The notes: a model not told the origin generated them from the sequence alone. A DNA stretch of 27,219 nt from Thermoplasmata archaeon (GCA_041489255.1 JBGPQV010000028.1:1-27219), one strand, 5' to 3'; counted from the first letter of the stretch, positions 1 through 9,900 are shown. Translations and numbers: made by a program.

Positions 1-2
1 AG

Positions 3-125
3 GCGTGGCGGTTCGAGACGCTGGACGACTTCCTGTTCTACTACAACCAGGTCAGGCCTCACCAGTCCTTGGACTACGAGAAGCCTTTGGAGGTGTTCCT
101 TGCAGACCCACTCCCGTTCCACTAA
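3..125 (+). mobile_element. C-terminal fragment of IS481/IS3-like DDE transposase (runs off window start)
   Basis: Frame 3 reads AWRFETLDDFLFYYNQVRPHQSLDYEKPLEVFLADPLPFH*. YN-xx-RPH-xSL-xY-xxP is the typical C-terminal signature of integrase-core IS481/IS3 transposases. The right end of the element probably lies near 190 but was not confirmed. Confidence 0.8.
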
Positions 126-268
126 TTATTGCGTAGTACAATCGTCAGGGTTTGTGTCAAATCCAGAAATAAGTTCCTTGGAGAGACCGCAATACCCCCG
201 TTGCATCAATGTCTTGAATTGACCGGACGGATTAGGTTTACATGGTTCGCGAGGCATTGTGAGTGCCA

Positions 269-723
269 ATGGAGTGGTGGCAGGATCCCGCATTCTTGAC
301 GCAAATCACCGCCATTCTCGCTATACTCGTGACGCTGGTTGGCGGTCTCCTTTACCTTTGGCGCTGGGGAAGGTCGCACGATCGCGTCCACGCCAAACTC
401 GAGGCATTGCCAGGGAGAGTCGACGATCTGGACAGGAAAGTGTCCGCGCTTCTTGCGATCGAGGTCGACCGCAACCGAACCTCTGGGACAAGGTGAAGGC
501 GTACAGCCCGGCGAAATCGAATCCGTACGACCCCGCGCACAAGAACGCGTTGCTCGACAAGATGCGCTCGGGCACAATCAAGCTTCAAGAGGCGCGCGAG
601 CTCGAAGCCATCCTCAACGAAGACCTCGCCCGGGCACGGGTGGAAGGTGCGGGCGCGATGGTTGCAATAATCGCAATCCTCGGAGCCCTCGGCGCGCTGA
701 TCTACCTGCTGACACGCGAGTAA
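269..723 (+). pseudogene. Frameshifted membrane protein (N- and C-terminal TM helices), ~150 aa if repaired
   Basis: ORF 263/269-496 (MEWWQDPAFLTQITAILAILVTLVGGLLYLWRW...EVDRN) and the distal part of ORF 259-723 (PNLWDKVKAYSPAKSNPYDP...AIIAILGALGALIYLLTRE) join if one C is restored in aac-c(c)g-aac at ~476. Confidence 0.6.
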
Positions 724-911
724 CCATCCCGGGCAGCACTTTCAATGCCGACATTTCTTTCCCCCTAATAGACAGCTTCTGTCCGCCAGCGAGCGCGGAA
801 TCAGGCATGGTTCGTCGATGCTTCCCGCTTGTCAGGTTTCATGAAGATTGCACGAACCGCTGGAGCCCCGGACAGCAAGGCGTTTATCGATGCCCGCCGT
901 TGTCTGCAACG

Positions 912-1052
912 ATGAGGGTCCTGCAATGCCCCCAGTGCGGCTCGCCTGACATCTACTACGAGGCCGGGCTGATCACCGGACAGAAGTATCACTGCAACAA
1001 GTGCGACTACGTCGGCTCCTTCGTCATCGAGCGCGACATGCCGGAACCCTAG
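912..1052 (+). CDS. Small Zn-ribbon protein (46 aa)
   Basis: MRVLQCPQCGSPDIYYEAGLITGQKYHCNKCDYVGSFVIERDMPEP has two CxxC pairs. A TTTAT element sits ~27 nt upstream of the ATG (leaderless), and the stop overlaps the pan stop (CTAG). Confidence 0.8.
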   Translation: MRVLQCPQCGSPDIYYEAGLITGQKYHCNKCDYVGSFVIERDMPEP

Positions 1053-2257
1053 GCGTACATCACGCCAGGTTCTTTCTGCCTCGTCAGGCTCTCGCCGAAC
1101 ACCTTGTCGACGGCCTTCTCGAAGTCCGCCATCGTCACGTAGTCCCTGTTGTCGCGGATGGCGAACATGCCTGCCTCGGTGACCATCGCCTTGATGTCGG
1201 CGCCCGTCGCGCCGTCTGCCTCCTTGGCCATCGCCTCGAAGTCGATGCCCTCGGCCATGTTCATCCTGTGCGTGTGTATCTTGAATATCTCGCAGCGCGC
1301 CTCGAAGTTGGGCACGGGTATCGCGATTATCCTGTCGAACCTCCCCGGCCTCATCATCGCCTCGTCCAGGATGTCCGGGCGGTTCGTGGCCCCGATGATC
1401 CTGACGTTGCCTATCGGGTTGAAGCCGTCGAGCTCGGCGAGGAACTGCATCAGCGTCCTCTGGACCTCCCTGTCGCCCGAGGTGGCCATGTCCAGCCTCT
1501 TCGCGCCTATGCTGTCCAGCTCGTCAATGAACACTATGGATGGGGCCTTCTCCCTCGCCATCTGGAAGAGCTCCCTCACCAGCCTCGCGCCCTCGCCTAT
1601 GTACTTCTGCACGAGCTCCGAGCCGACGAGCCTGATGAACGTGGCGTTCGTCTGGTGGGCGACAGCCTTGGCCAGCAGGGTCTTCCCGGTCCCAGGGGGC
1701 CCGACGAGCAGCACGCCCTTTGGCGGGTCTATCCCGACCTTCTTGTAGAGTTCCGGCCTCAGCAGCGGGTCCTCCACCGCCTCCCTGATCTCGATTATCT
1801 CCTTGTCCAGGCCGCCGACGTCCTGGTAGGCCATGTCCGGCTTCTCGATTATCTCCGCGCCCATGACGATCGGGTCGAGCGACGGCGGCAGGACGCCCAT
1901 CACCGCCAGGGTCTGCTTGTTCAGGGCGACCCTCGCGCCGGCCTGGATGTTCTCCTTCGCGATGTACTCCGCCGTGTTGACGATGAAGTCCGGGCCGGTC
2001 GAGCTCTTGACGACGACGCGGCCGTCCGCGAGGATGTCGCGTATGTTCCCTATGATGAGCGGCGGGGTCTTGAGCCTGTCCAGCTCGGCCCTGAGCCGCT
2101 TGACCTCCTTCTGCAGGCGGAGCAGCTCGCTCTCCGCGTAGCGCTTCTCGCCCTCTATCCGGCGAGACGCCTCTGCGAGCTTGTCGTTCTTATCCTCCAG
2201 AAGTGCGATGCGTTCAGAGAGCTTCTCGTGGAACTCCCTGATTTGTTCGTCTTCCAT
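1049..2257 (-). CDS. pan: Proteasome-activating nucleotidase (AAA+ ATPase)
   Basis: N-terminal coiled coil, OB domain (PPLIIG), Walker A GPPGTGKT, pore loop KYIGEG, Walker B IVFIDELD, SRH ATNRPDILDEAMMRPGRFDR and C-terminal HbYX motif MYA. Confidence 0.97.
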   Translation of the reverse strand: MEDEQIREFHEKLSERIALLEDKNDKLAEASRRIEGEKRYAESELLRLQKEVKRLRAELDRLKTPPLIIGNIRDILADGRVVVKSSTGPDFIVNTAEYIAKENIQAGARVALNKQTLAVMGVLPPSLDPIVMGAEIIEKPDMAYQDVGGLDKEIIEIREAVEDPLLRPELYKKVGIDPPKGVLLVGPPGTGKTLLAKAVAHQTNATFIRLVGSELVQKYIGEGARLVRELFQMAREKAPSIVFIDELDSIGAKRLDMATSGDREVQRTLMQFLAELDGFNPIGNVRIIGATNRPDILDEAMMRPGRFDRIIAIPVPNFEARCEIFKIHTHRMNMAEGIDFEAMAKEADGATGADIKAMVTEAGMFAIRDNRDYVTMADFEKAVDKVFGESLTRQKEPGVMYA

Positions 2258-2300
2258 GGTTTACCCTCAAAGAAGTGCTCGAGGAGTCCTCGGTGAGCTT

Positions 2301-2328
2301 ACTTATAAATTGGGCAGGGTCTATTTAG
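2301..2328. promoter_or_regulatory. Divergent TATA-like elements for pan (minus-strand TTTATAA at ~2303-2309) and mbf1 (TATTTA at ~2322)
   Basis: AT-rich boxes in a GC-rich 90-bp intergenic region. The plus-strand box is ~26 nt before the mbf1 ATG. Confidence 0.55.
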
Positions 2329-2347
2329 CGTTTGTGGGGTCGTTTCC

Positions 2348-2842
2348 ATGCACTGCGAACTTTGCGGCGCTGAAGTACCGCGCACCAAGATTGTGACCAT
2401 CGAAGGCACGACCCTCTCGGTCTGCCCCAACTGCGCCAAATTCGGCGATCAGACGAGCGTGCCTCTGAAGAAGCAGCCAGGCGTCCCGGCGGAGATACTG
2501 CGGCGCCTCGAGGCGAGGAAGAAGCGCATGACCGTCAGGGACGTCTACTCCAGGGAGGGCGAGGAGACCCTCGTCGACGACTACTCCGAGAGGATAAGGA
2601 AGGCCAGGGAGAAGAAGGGCTGGAAGCAGGTGGAGCTGGGGACGAAGGTCAACGAGCGCGTGAGCATCATCGCCAGGCTGGAGTCCGGCGAGATGATCCC
2701 CACCGATGCAGTCGTGAAGAAACTGGAGAAGGCACTCGAGATAAAGCTGAGGGAGAAGGTCGAGGCGGTCGCCGCGATGAAGAGCAGCGTCGAGTCCAAG
2801 CCGCTGACGCTCGGAGACCTGATCAGGGTGGAGAAGGAATGA
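2348..2842 (+). CDS. mbf1: Archaeal multiprotein bridging factor 1 (Zn ribbon + HTH)
   Basis: N-terminal CELCG...VCPNCAKFG, LVDDYSERIRKARE-HTH and C-terminal LTLGD motif. Lying next to pan is common in archaea. Confidence 0.95.
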   Translation: MHCELCGAEVPRTKIVTIEGTTLSVCPNCAKFGDQTSVPLKKQPGVPAEILRRLEARKKRMTVRDVYSREGEETLVDDYSERIRKAREKKGWKQVELGTKVNERVSIIARLESGEMIPTDAVVKKLEKALEIKLREKVEAVAAMKSSVESKPLTLGDLIRVEKE

Positions 2843-3117
2843 AGAACGCGCCATTCTACGCCCTCGTCGGCGTGGTGGCGATCGTTCTCGGCCTGCTCGT
2901 CATCGCCATCTTCCTCCAGGCCATCCAGGGGCAGCTGCCCGAGAACGTCGTCGGCGGCATGTGCCTGATAATATTCCTCATCATCGCGACGATCGGGTAC
3001 GAGATGGTCGCGAAGCCTGGACTCTACTTGAGGCGCAAACCCGTGGAAGAGCCCGAGAAGAAAGAAGAGACGGCGTCGGCAGAGGAAGGCACGGAGAAGA
3101 AGCCCGGTTCACCCTGA
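2839..3117 (+). CDS. Small two-TM membrane protein with charged C-tail
   Basis: ATGA overlap with the mbf1 stop, two hydrophobic segments, host-like codon usage. Confidence 0.8.
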   Translation: MKNAPFYALVGVVAIVLGLLVIAIFLQAIQGQLPENVVGGMCLIIFLIIATIGYEMVAKPGLYLRRKPVEEPEKKEETASAEEGTEKKPGSP

Positions 3118-3582
3118 CCTCGACATGATCTCCCTTTCCGCACCGTCGAGCAGGTCAGATACATCGACCCCCAGGTCCCGCCCTACGATCAAGGCGGCGA
3201 CCTCGGCCTCCACGTCCATCATGTCCTGGATTGAGTTGATCATCGAGACGACCTGCTTCCTCTCGAGCTTCGTTGCGGCGGTGATCCTCTCGAGCACCTT
3301 GACGAAGATGCTCGGCGGCGCCACCCCCGCCTGGAGGAGGGCGGGTGGCGGCTTGTAGTCGAGGGGGATGTCCATCCCCGCCGCGTCGAAGGATAGCTTG
3401 AGCTTGCCGTCAACGACCAAGAGGAGCTTGGAGTCGAGTCCGATCTGCATCAACCTCTGCGCTTCCTTCGGCGGGAACCATCCGAGGTCCATCGACGCAG
3501 ACATGACGAAGTCCTTCTCCGACATCGCCTCCCGCCCCTTCCGCTTGAAGAGGAACGCGATCGCCTTCTTCACTTCTTCCAT
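3109..3582 (-). CDS. DUF2240 family protein
   Basis: AIAFLFKRKG...FVMSASMDLGWFPPKEAQRL...EVAALIVGRDLGVDV resembles archaeal DUF2240. Start is ATG 3582 or GTG 3591. Confidence 0.8.
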   Translation of the reverse strand: MEEVKKAIAFLFKRKGREAMSEKDFVMSASMDLGWFPPKEAQRLMQIGLDSKLLLVVDGKLKLSFDAAGMDIPLDYKPPPALLQAGVAPPSIFVKVLERITAATKLERKQVVSMINSIQDMMDVEAEVAALIVGRDLGVDVSDLLDGAEREIMSRSG

Positions 3583-3650
3583 GGAGTGCACCGCCGGATT
3601 GGCAGCATGGCGGGTAACTGCATAAATGATGCGGTTCCCAGCCCGGCATG

Positions 3651-3658
3651 TTTAATAC
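3651..3658 (+). promoter_or_regulatory. TATA-like box for the H/ACA sRNA
   Basis: TTTAATAC about 25-30 nt upstream of the first hairpin at 3681. Confidence 0.5.
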
Positions 3659-3680
3659 CTAGGCGGTCAATGATTCACCG

Positions 3681-3882
3681 CTCCAGCAACAAGGTCGCAG
3701 AGAATTGTGATCTGCGATGCAAGCTGGAGAGGGTACCGACATGGGTCCCTCCGCGATAGCCCCGCGACGGGGCGTCAATGAACGGAGGCCAACCCCGGTA
3801 TCCAACAATCCCTCGACAAGGGTCAGGGCGAGGAGAGAGCAAAGCTCACGATGAATCGCGCTGTTACTGTCGAGGGACATCC
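3681..3882 (+). ncRNA. Box H/ACA pseudouridylation guide sRNA with 2-3 hairpins
   Basis: Hairpin 3: stem 3810-3818/3868-3876, then ACA at 3877-3879; pockets AGGGUCA (3819-3825) and GUUAC (3863-3867, 14 nt to ACA); K-turn-like GAGA/ACGAUGA cap. Hairpin 2: stem 3731-3738/3796-3803, ACA at 3805-3807; pockets GGUC/AACCC (14 nt to ACA). Hairpin 1: 3681-3687/3723-3729 with a GA...GA K-loop-like top and no clear ACA. Confidence 0.8.
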
Positions 3883-3986
3883 TAGTCCTTGATCGCCCTT
3901 CGACGCTCTTTTCTCCACCTGCCCAGGATCGGGAGGAAAATGCCGACTCCCGCCACAAGCACGACCATGTCTTCGAACTCGGGGAT
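3882..3986 (-). other. PEF-CTERM-type archaeosortase sorting signal
   Basis: IPEF motif, hydrophobic helix MVVLVAGVGIFLPILG and basic tail RWRKERRRAIKD at the extreme C-terminus. Confidence 0.75.
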
Positions 3987-6900
3987 CACGCTGAACTTCG
4001 TCTCGTAGGCGCCGGAGCCGCTGCCCTGGCCCCAGAGCCAGCAGACGGTGCCGGTGTCTGATGCGGAGTATATTGTCGTAAGGTAGCTCTTCGCGGTCGT
4101 CGATGTGTCTATCCCGGAGATGGACGACCAGCTCCCTCCCGAATACTTCTTGGCGGTGATCTGGTTGCTGCTGTCTATCCAGAAAACGTAGAGGTCGCTC
4201 GACATGAGGGTGATCGAGGGGTACACGTTGTTGGTGGTCGTCGTGACCACGGTCGCGGTGCCCCAGCTCGTCGTCCTCTGGCGGTAGATCACCCGGCCCG
4301 TGGAGTCGGAGAAGACAAGGTTGATGTTGTACGATGAGTCGACGACGACGGAAGGACCCTTGGTGCTGACCCCTGACGAGGTCGTGTTGATGGTCTTCTG
4401 GCTCGTCCACCAAGTCGAATTGCCCGCGGTGTACATCTTGCCGTATATCGTCCCGTCGGCGTACCAGAGCCCGTACATGTTCCCGCTCGCCAGGGGGACG
4501 ATCACTCCATAGATGTTGGCGTTGGCGATGTCTGCCGCCATGAGCGGGGTGAACGTGCCCCATGCAGACACGCTGTCCGTGCTCGTGGAGCGGATCGCCG
4601 CGAAGTTGTAGTCGGCCTCCTGTTCGCTGCTGGCGACCCAGATATACCCTGATGTGTCCCTGCATATGAACGCGATTTTGCTCACCATATTCTTGGTGCT
4701 TATGGTGACAAGAGCCTCCGAATCCCATGTTATCGTGGAGCCGCTTATGCTCCCTCTCCTGGCGAATACCTCCTTGTCACTGGCTGCGTCGTCGCCGACA
4801 ACGTAGACGGTCTTGATCGAACCGGATGAGTAGAACCAGACCGATGTTGCCTTCACTCCCGCCGATGTGAAGGCCGCGCTGTAGCCATTCATCCACGTCT
4901 CGCCGGTAGAGCTGTACGTGTAATAGGTCGTCGTGCCGTCATCGTGGAAAGCCCAGAAATAGGTGCCATCGTAGAAGACCCGGCGCTGGTGTGAGTACTG
5001 CGTGGGGGTGGAGGAGGTCGAGGTGTCCACGGTGACGCTCTTCACCGACGTGCTGTATACGCTGAAGCGCACGTCCCTCGTTGTGAATGGCGCGTCTGTC
5101 CAGGCCCAGCAGATATTGGATGAGCCTGAGGTCTCGTAGATCGAAGTGAGGGACGACTTCGATATCGTGCTCGTCTCTATGCTGATGGTGGACCAGGAAC
5201 CGCTCGAATACTTCTTCCCCTTGATCTGGTTGCCGGAATCCCTCCAGAGCGCATAGAGGTCGCCAGAGCCCGTCTCGCGGGAAAGTGCGGGGTACACGTT
5301 GCCCGAGCCGCTGTCCAACGTTGTGGCTGCATTCCAAGACGTGGTCCTCTGGCGGTACAGGACATTCCCCGATGGCGAGTTCGCGATGTAGACGATATTG
5401 ATATACGCCCAGCCGTCCACCACCGCGCTCGCCGCGGCGTAATAGACCGAGGCGGGCGCTGTGTCGATCGACTCGACGCTCCCCCATGTGCTTGTGCTTG
5501 ACGTGTACTTCTTGCCCGCGATGTTGCCGTTCTCATACCAGAGCGCGTACACATCCCCGCCAGATAGGGGCAGGATCTCTGGTTCAATGTAGGTGTTGCC
5601 CACATCTGAAGAGAGCATGTTTCCCGACCATACCCATGCGGTCACGCTGTCGGTGCTGGTCGAGCGGAAGACGGTGATTGAATAAGCGCCGGTCCCGGTC
5701 TTGTTCATCGCAGTCACCCACACGTATCCGGTTGATGATCTGCAGATGAACGGGGCTTTCGAAGCCAGCGTGTTGGTTGAAATCGACAACGCCGTGTCAG
5801 CTGCTGCCCACGTTATCGTCGTGCCGCTGATCGACCCTTTTCTCAGATAGATATCCTTCGAAACCGAGCTTTTGTCGCCCGCGATGAAGACCGTGCTCCC
5901 GCCGGCATAATGCCATACCGAGGCGAGCTGGACGCCCGTGTTCGAGAACGCCTGCTGCCTCGTGTTCACCCATGACATCCCGTCCGAGCTGTACTCATAC
6001 TGAGTCTCTGTGCCGTCCCAATAGAATGCCCAGAAATAGGTCCCATCGTGGAAAATCTTCCGCTGATAGTGGTAGCCCGTCGGACTCGTCGAACTGGACG
6101 TGTCGATGATCCCCGTCGGGTCGAGGATCACCGGGTAAGCTCTCTTCTGATCGAGGAACCACTCCAGCGGCGCCTCCATGGAGAGCAGCCAGCCGCCGTC
6201 CGATTTCTGAACCCTGAACGACCCGCCCACTCTGGCCTCCACATCCCCCTGCTCGTATGCGAACGGGGCTTGCAGCGTGAGGAGGTTTCCGCCAGCGGAT
6301 CTCACTTGGATGTCGCCGGATGTGGCGAAGTCGCCCGACTGCGCGACCCCGTTGACCGCCAACGCCGTTTCGTTGCCCAACGATATCTTTCCTCTGATCA
6401 CGAGCATGTCGCCGACTGCCGGGACTGCTGACGGGTCTTGCAGAACTATGTCATGTTTCACTTTGTTGAGCTGGACGGTGTATCTGTCTTGAACGCCGGG
6501 GAACAACCCCCGGTACTCGATGCTATTCCCTGCAACGTTCGCGTTCACTCCTGTGACTGCACTCGCCAATCTGAACTCGCCGTTTGCGAGCGTGCCGATG
6601 GCAAGCGGCTGCCAGGAGAACTGCAGGTCTCCTCTCGACAGCAGGGAGAATGCTTGACCGTCGCTCTCGCCAGTGAAGTAGGCCGCCATGCCGTTCTTCT
6701 CGACGGCATAGGCGTACAAGCCTTCCGTTGCCGTGAACTTGAGGCTCGCGCTCTGGAGTCTGCCGGCATCGTCCAAGTAGGTATCCACTTCGCCCGCCTC
6801 GCCCATGACGGTTCCGTCAGCGAATACCCCGCGGGTGCCGCGCCTCGATGACTGTGCGATGTCGCCGGCAGAACCGCGCCAGTCCGTTGTCGCCCAGGAG

Positions 6901-9900
6901 ACCCTGGAATCAGAGTTGAGTCCGGGAATCGCTCCGGAGGCCTCGATGCGATCCTGCTCGAGAGCGTATGAAGCGGCTCCCGTCAGCGTCCATGTCCACT
7001 GACCTTGCGTTGTTCCCGAGTGCCGCCAGACACCCGAGTTCGTGACCCTGCCTTCCCTGCCGCGCAGCTCGACCATGTAGTCGGCACCGATGTTCCCCAC
7101 GAGGAATCCTGTGGCGGTGCTGTTGTCGACGTCGACGAAGAACCTCGCCGAGTCCTCTCCGTTGACGGGCGGCCTCAAGGTCGGACCGATGTAGAGACTC
7201 ACAAAGCGTCCTGCATAGGGGACCGTGAAGTTGGCGGGAATAGTGGTGTTCAGCCACTGGTCAGTTCCAAATGGATAGTCAATCAACGAGTCGCCGTCGA
7301 TGTCGTGGTTGGAGTCCACATCGGGGGTCCCGTCGTTGTTGAAATCGAACGGGAACAGGTCGACCGTGTCCGGAACCGTGTCCCTGTCGGTGTCTGCCAC
7401 GGTGGGGGTCGTGGTGTTAGGTGCGGGGATGCTCGGCTGCGGCGTCGCGACGCCTTCAAGGGCCCGTCCCTGGAGCCTGAGATAGAAGTACGCTGAGCCG
7501 GAGATGTTGGCGTCGAATGAGGCGATGTCGAGACTGTCCACGCCCTGCGTGCTCGATTCCCCGATGGAGTCAGTCTCGGGATTGGTCCAATCCTCGAACC
7601 CGCCATCGATAACCCTGCCTGTCGGTACGAAGCCCAAGTAACCTAGCGGGTATGTCGCCGTGAGATTGAGCCGCGTGATCGCCCAAGGTCCGCCGCTTGC
7701 ACGTGTCGGCGACACAACATCGTCCATGGGCAAGTTCAAACCCAACGTCTTCCCGTCTGAGAGCGATGTGTCCGCAGCGACGGTGAGGGTCAACAAGTTG
7801 CCGTTCGTGACGCGGATGGGCTGAAGCGGGTGGAACGAAACAAGCCTGCTCGCGGGCACTCTCGAGTCCAGCACGGTCATCGTGCCGTCGAGCAGCCTCA
7901 ACATGGTGACGTCACTCAACGGAGCGGTGCCCACGATGAGCACTCGCAGGTCCGTGAGCGAGAAGTCCCCTTCGATCGACGTCAGCTCGACCGCCAGCAG
8001 GGGTATGCCGGTACCGGAGACCGTCGCGGTAGCGAGGCTCTTCTCGCTTATCTTCAGCAGGCCTGGCATGTTGCTCAGCACGTTCTCACTGAACTGCTCC
8101 TGGCCATCCCAGCTCATCGCCTGGAAGAGCACCGCAACGGGTATGCTCTCTTGCTCCATCAATGCCAGCCAGGGAACCTCCGTCTCCAGCCGGTTCGCGG
8201 ACACGGCGGCGTAGAGGCCGGCGGCCTGCTCCCAGCTGCCCCAATTGTCCTGGCTGCTCGCGCCGAGCGCATACGATGATAGCTTCGCCAACTGCGAGGT
8301 CCCGCCCCATCCCCAGATCTCAACCATGAATTCCGCGCCCAGGCCTTTCACCAGATAGCCTGTCGAGGCGTCCCCGTCCGTGTCCAGGAATATCCTCACC
8401 GCGTCCATCAGACGCTGCGGATCTGGTCCGCCTTGGAGCATCGAGCCCTCGACCTCGACGTAGAATGCGAGATAGTCAAGGTTGTCGACCACGCCCGCGC
8501 GGTTTATCCGGACGTTGGGGCTGACGCCCGAGTCAGTCCGCAAGGAGATGACTCTCTGGCTGGACCAATCGCCGAAGCTGCCATCGATTTCGATGACATA
8601 TGAGGTGGTGCGGATGCTGCCTGGGATGAGAACAGGGAACATCAGTAGCGCCACCGCCATCAAGGGAACGATGTAGAGCTTCCATCTGTAGAACTTGGCC
8701 TGCCTCCTGAACCTGTTCGACCCCAAGCCGTTCGTGAAGCCGTTGCCGTTCGTGAGGCCGTTGGTTATGCCGCTCCTGAGGTCCCTCAGGCCGTTCACCA
8801 GGCCATTCGTGACCCCTTCCGCCCTGCCCTTGGTCGTGAGACCGTTGACCTTTCCCATCCCCTGGCGCACCCCGTTCACGAGACCGTTGGTCCTGCCCCT
8901 CATGCCGTTCGTGAGGCCGTTAGTGCGTCCCCTCAGTCCGTTGGTCAGGCCATTCGTCCGGCCGCGCAGCCCGTTCGTAAGTCCGTTCGTGCGCCCTCGA
9001 AGGCCATTCGTGAGCCCGTTTGTCCGTCCTCTCAACCCGTTCGTCAGGCCGTTAGTTCGACCGCGATGCCCGTTGGTGAGACCGTTGGTGCGTCCCCTGA
9101 GCCCGTTGGTGAGACCGTTTGTCCGGCCCCGCAATCCGTTGGTGAGACCTTTTCCCTTCCCCAGCCCGTTCGTCAGGCCGTTGGTCCTCCCCTTCGGCGC
9201 GCTCACGACGGCTCCCTTGGGCACCTTCCTCTTCTGCGGAGGCGAGGGGGCGACCTTGGAAATCTCTGGCTTTGGCTCGGGGCGTGAGTCCGGTCTGGCC
9301 GGCGGCGCCGGTGCGGGCCTCTGCTCCGCTTCTCCGGTCATGAACGGTATGCCGCAGGAGGGACAGGCGGAAGCTCCCTCCTTGACCGGCGCGCTGCACA
9401 TGGGGCAGACCAGCTGCGAAACCTCTCTGACGACTTCCTCTTCCGCCGCGATCTCATCCTCAATCTGCTGCGACCTCTCGCGGCAAAGCTTCGCCTTCTG
9501 CTCATCTCCCAGGCTCTCGTATATCTTCGACTTCAGAAGCCAAAGACCGGGGTACTTGTGGTTGATCTTCGTGAGTTCGTTCAGCGCTTTCATCGAGTCG
9601 TCGTATCGCTCGAGCGCGGCGAGCGCCGTTGCTTTGGCGAAGAGGGCGTCGACGTCGTTCGGGTTCTCCTTGAGGCGAGACTCGCTCGTCTCCAGTATCC
9701 TGAAGACTCTCGACGGCTTCTGGAGAGGCTTGGGTGCCGACTCTGCCCGTTGCGCCGCAGCCGACTTGGCAGCGATTGCATCGAGCCGGGCCTTTTCCGC
9801 CTCTTTCCTCCTACCCAGCTTCTCGAGCGACTCGGCGATCAGGTTCAGCGCTTCCGCGTTCTTGGGATCAATCTTCACGCAGGACTCGAGGGCGACGAGC

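Noticed and set aside
339-911. N-terminal 190 aa of ORF 339-1052
   Set aside because: Overlaps the frameshifted membrane gene and looks non-coding; only the Zn-ribbon part from ATG 912 is credible.
1001-2296. 431-aa plus-strand ORF
   Set aside because: Antisense shadow of pan, typical of high-GC3 genes.
3660-3880. RNase P RNA, SRP RNA or tRNA in this intergenic region
   Set aside because: No RNase P P4 motifs, SRP helix 8 or cloverleaf seen; the hairpin-ACA organisation fits H/ACA better.
8868-9131. 33-bp periodicity as a possible CRISPR array
   Set aside because: No unique spacers, in-frame coding repeat, no cas genes.
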